Source: Parvibaculum sp. (GTDB taxonomy: Bacteria; Pseudomonadota; Alphaproteobacteria; Parvibaculales; Parvibaculaceae). From it: 64,000 nt of DNA. The translations under genes and the position numbers were made by a program. Positions 62,334-64,000 of the stretch are shown in pieces. Positions within the stretch are counted from its first letter, which is position 1. Each line of letters opens with the position of its first letter. A model generated the notes under the pieces. It was given only the letters and a program-made list of their open reading frames with translations, did no database searches and was not told where the DNA came from. Location: the NCBI RefSeq assembly GCF_030651915.1, contig NZ_JAUSBV010000002.1:136414-200413 (forward strand), given 5' to 3'.

Positions 62334-63098
62334 TCAGGTCGACGCGCCGGTCGCGACCAGCTTCCAGTTCGGATCGCGGCTCTTCACATCGCGTTCGAAG
62401 GTCCAGACATCGTTGACCTCGCGGATCGTCACCGGATCGCCTTCAACCACAACACCGTCGGCATTCTTGAGGCAGGAGGTCAACTGACTGCGAAAGGTCA
62501 GCGTCAGGCGGGCGCGGGTGCCGTCGAGCGCGGCGGCGCTCAGCGCGGCCTTGTCGATGCCGATAAAGCTTTGCTCGACATGCTGTCCGTTCTTTTCGCG
62601 CGCGGCGATGGCGGCCTCGAAGCCGCTGAAAACATCGGCGCTCAGGAGCGGCTGCAATGTGGCACGGTTGCCTTCGGCGTAAGCCGTGACGATCATTTCA
62701 TAGGCCGCGCGCGCGCCGCCCAGAAACGCTTCGGCGTCAAAACCGGGATCGAGGCGCGCGAGGGCATTCAGCGTGTTCGCCAGCGGCGTGCCGTCTTCGG
62801 CGATGCCGCGCCAGCGATTGCGAATTTCAAAAGGCTCGGCAAAGGGGTCGCCGGCCGCGTCGACAGTGCGGCCGCGCCCGGCCCGTTCAGCCTGCGCGGG
62901 GCGCGGGCGTGTGGGCAGGGTGACGACCTTGTCGTTCCCGGTCGGGTTGGTCCCGGCGGGGTTGCCGGTGTCGGAATAAGGATCGTAGGGCGGGCGCTCA
63001 TGGCCGGTACGACGGCCGAGCAGGCTTCTGAGTTTCAGAAAGACGCCAACCGCGATTGCGAGCAGGATGATGTTGAGAAGGGTCAAGCCGCCGTCCAT
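62334..63098 (-). CDS. Tim44/TimA-family protein
   Basis: FLKLRSLLGRRTGHE, FLGGARAAYEMIVTAYAEG, DVWTFERD...PNWKLVAT. Confidence 0.9.
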   Translation of the reverse strand: MDGGLTLLNIILLAIAVGVFLKLRSLLGRRTGHERPPYDPYSDTGNPAGTNPTGNDKVVTLPTRPRPAQAERAGRGRTVDAAGDPFAEPFEIRNRWRGIAEDGTPLANTLNALARLDPGFDAEAFLGGARAAYEMIVTAYAEGNRATLQPLLSADVFSGFEAAIAAREKNGQHVEQSFIGIDKAALSAAALDGTRARLTLTFRSQLTSCLKNADGVVVEGDPVTIREVNDVWTFERDVKSRDPNWKLVATGAST

Positions 63099-63318
63099 TC
63101 GCTCGATGAGCCTTGCCTGTGAACCGGTCCGGACCCTTGCCGGACCCTTGTTTTCATGTGCGCAACAGCGGCCTCACGCCGCCACTTGGGTGACGGGCGC
63201 CTCGCGGCTCGCTACTGTATCTATAACCTAGGGCAATCGAAGCGGTTTTGCTACCTGAGCCGTCGCGACCGATTGCCCTCCATTCACCCTTACGGGCCGC
63301 TTTGCCCCTGGAAGCGCC

Positions 63319-63831
63319 GTGCCCCTCCTTGCTTTTCTGATCCTTGCCGGCCTGCCGCTAGCCGAGATCGCCGTCTTTATCGAAGCGGGTGCCGCCATCG
63401 GCGTCTGGCCCGTGGTTGGACTTGTCGCCATCAGTGCGTTTGCCGGCATCTGGCTGATGCGGCTGCAGGGTCCGGCGACACTCAGGCGCGCGCAGGCGAC
63501 GATGCAGCGTGGCGAGCCGCCGGTCGCCGAAATGCTGGACGGCGCAATCCTGTTCATTGCCGCCGTTCTTATGGTTATTCCTGGTTTTCTGACGTCGATT
63601 TTCGGGCTCCTGCTGCTGATCGCGCCGCTGCGTCGCCTCGCTGCGGGCCTGGTCGCGCGGCGGATGGCGATGCGGGCCCAAGTTCATATCCACAAGGCCG
63701 GCATGAGGCGCGGGCCCGGCGGCGGGCCGGTCATCGACGCGGCGGACTGGGAAGTCGAAGAAGAGCGGGACGGGACGTCCGATACCGGGCCCGGCGCACG
63801 GCGATTGCCGCCCGGGCGACCCGAAGATTGA
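63319..63831 (+). CDS. fxsA: FxsA-family membrane protein
   Basis: LPLAEIAVFI, GIWLMRLQG, LMVIPGFLTSIFGLLLL; GTG start. Confidence 0.88.
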   Translation: MPLLAFLILAGLPLAEIAVFIEAGAAIGVWPVVGLVAISAFAGIWLMRLQGPATLRRAQATMQRGEPPVAEMLDGAILFIAAVLMVIPGFLTSIFGLLLLIAPLRRLAAGLVARRMAMRAQVHIHKAGMRRGPGGGPVIDAADWEVEEERDGTSDTGPGARRLPPGRPED

Positions 63832-63932
63832 GCGGACCGGATTTCTTGTCGCCGATGATGTTCCATGATAGCCAGCAACCACAGTTTTTGCAGACCAGCA
63901 CTTCGATTTGATGAATACCGGGAGCGGCCAGG

Positions 63933-64000
63933 ATGTCGGACCAGAATACCAATAATGATGCAGACGGCACCGGACAGCCGACCGTGGCGCAGCTTCGCAT
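63933..64000 (+). CDS. secB: probable SecB (5' end only)
   Basis: ATG after GGGAG/GGA; MSDQNTNNDADGTGQPTVAQLRI... The call rests mainly on Tim44-fxsA-secB synteny, since only 22 codons are visible. Confidence 0.6.
   Translation, partial: MSDQNTNNDADGTGQPTVAQLR

Noticed and set aside
1-64000. tRNA, rRNA, IS, integrase, prophage or defence genes
   Set aside because: None were recognised. All intergenic gaps over 150 bp were read without finding cloverleaf or rRNA signatures; tRNAscan-SE and Infernal would be the definitive check.

Overview
64 kb of a high-GC alphaproteobacterial chromosome. Gene order and proteins look Parvibaculum/Hyphomicrobiales-like (inference), and the secB/Tim44/hslUV end is a neighbourhood that lies near the replication origin in related genomes. 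It is mostly core genes: trpS, murJ, glnD, mutS, maeB, ampG, comM, gshB, rsmI, hemW-rdgB-rph, hrcA-grpE-dnaKJ, dapB, gpmA, nth, coaA, his genes, hslVU, mltA, fxsA and secB. I saw no rRNA, tRNA, CRISPR array, transposase or integrase. The least ordinary parts are four. (1) A ~7 kb module between murJ and trpS encoding a repeat-rich autotransporter, a LuxR-type response regulator, a membrane hybrid kinase and an uncharacterised tandem winged-helix protein. It is flanked by a near-perfect triple Pho box that points at a hairpin array rather than at a gene. (2) An ampG with foreign codon usage followed by the leftover 3' end of a different ampG. (3) A ShkA-like hybrid kinase. (4) Several non-coding signals: a LexA box at comM, RpoH-type promoters, a 3x35-bp hairpin array at gshB, a structured dnaK leader and an AT-rich inverted-repeat island upstream of hisB. 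All product names rest on motif recognition and synteny by eye; no database searches were run.
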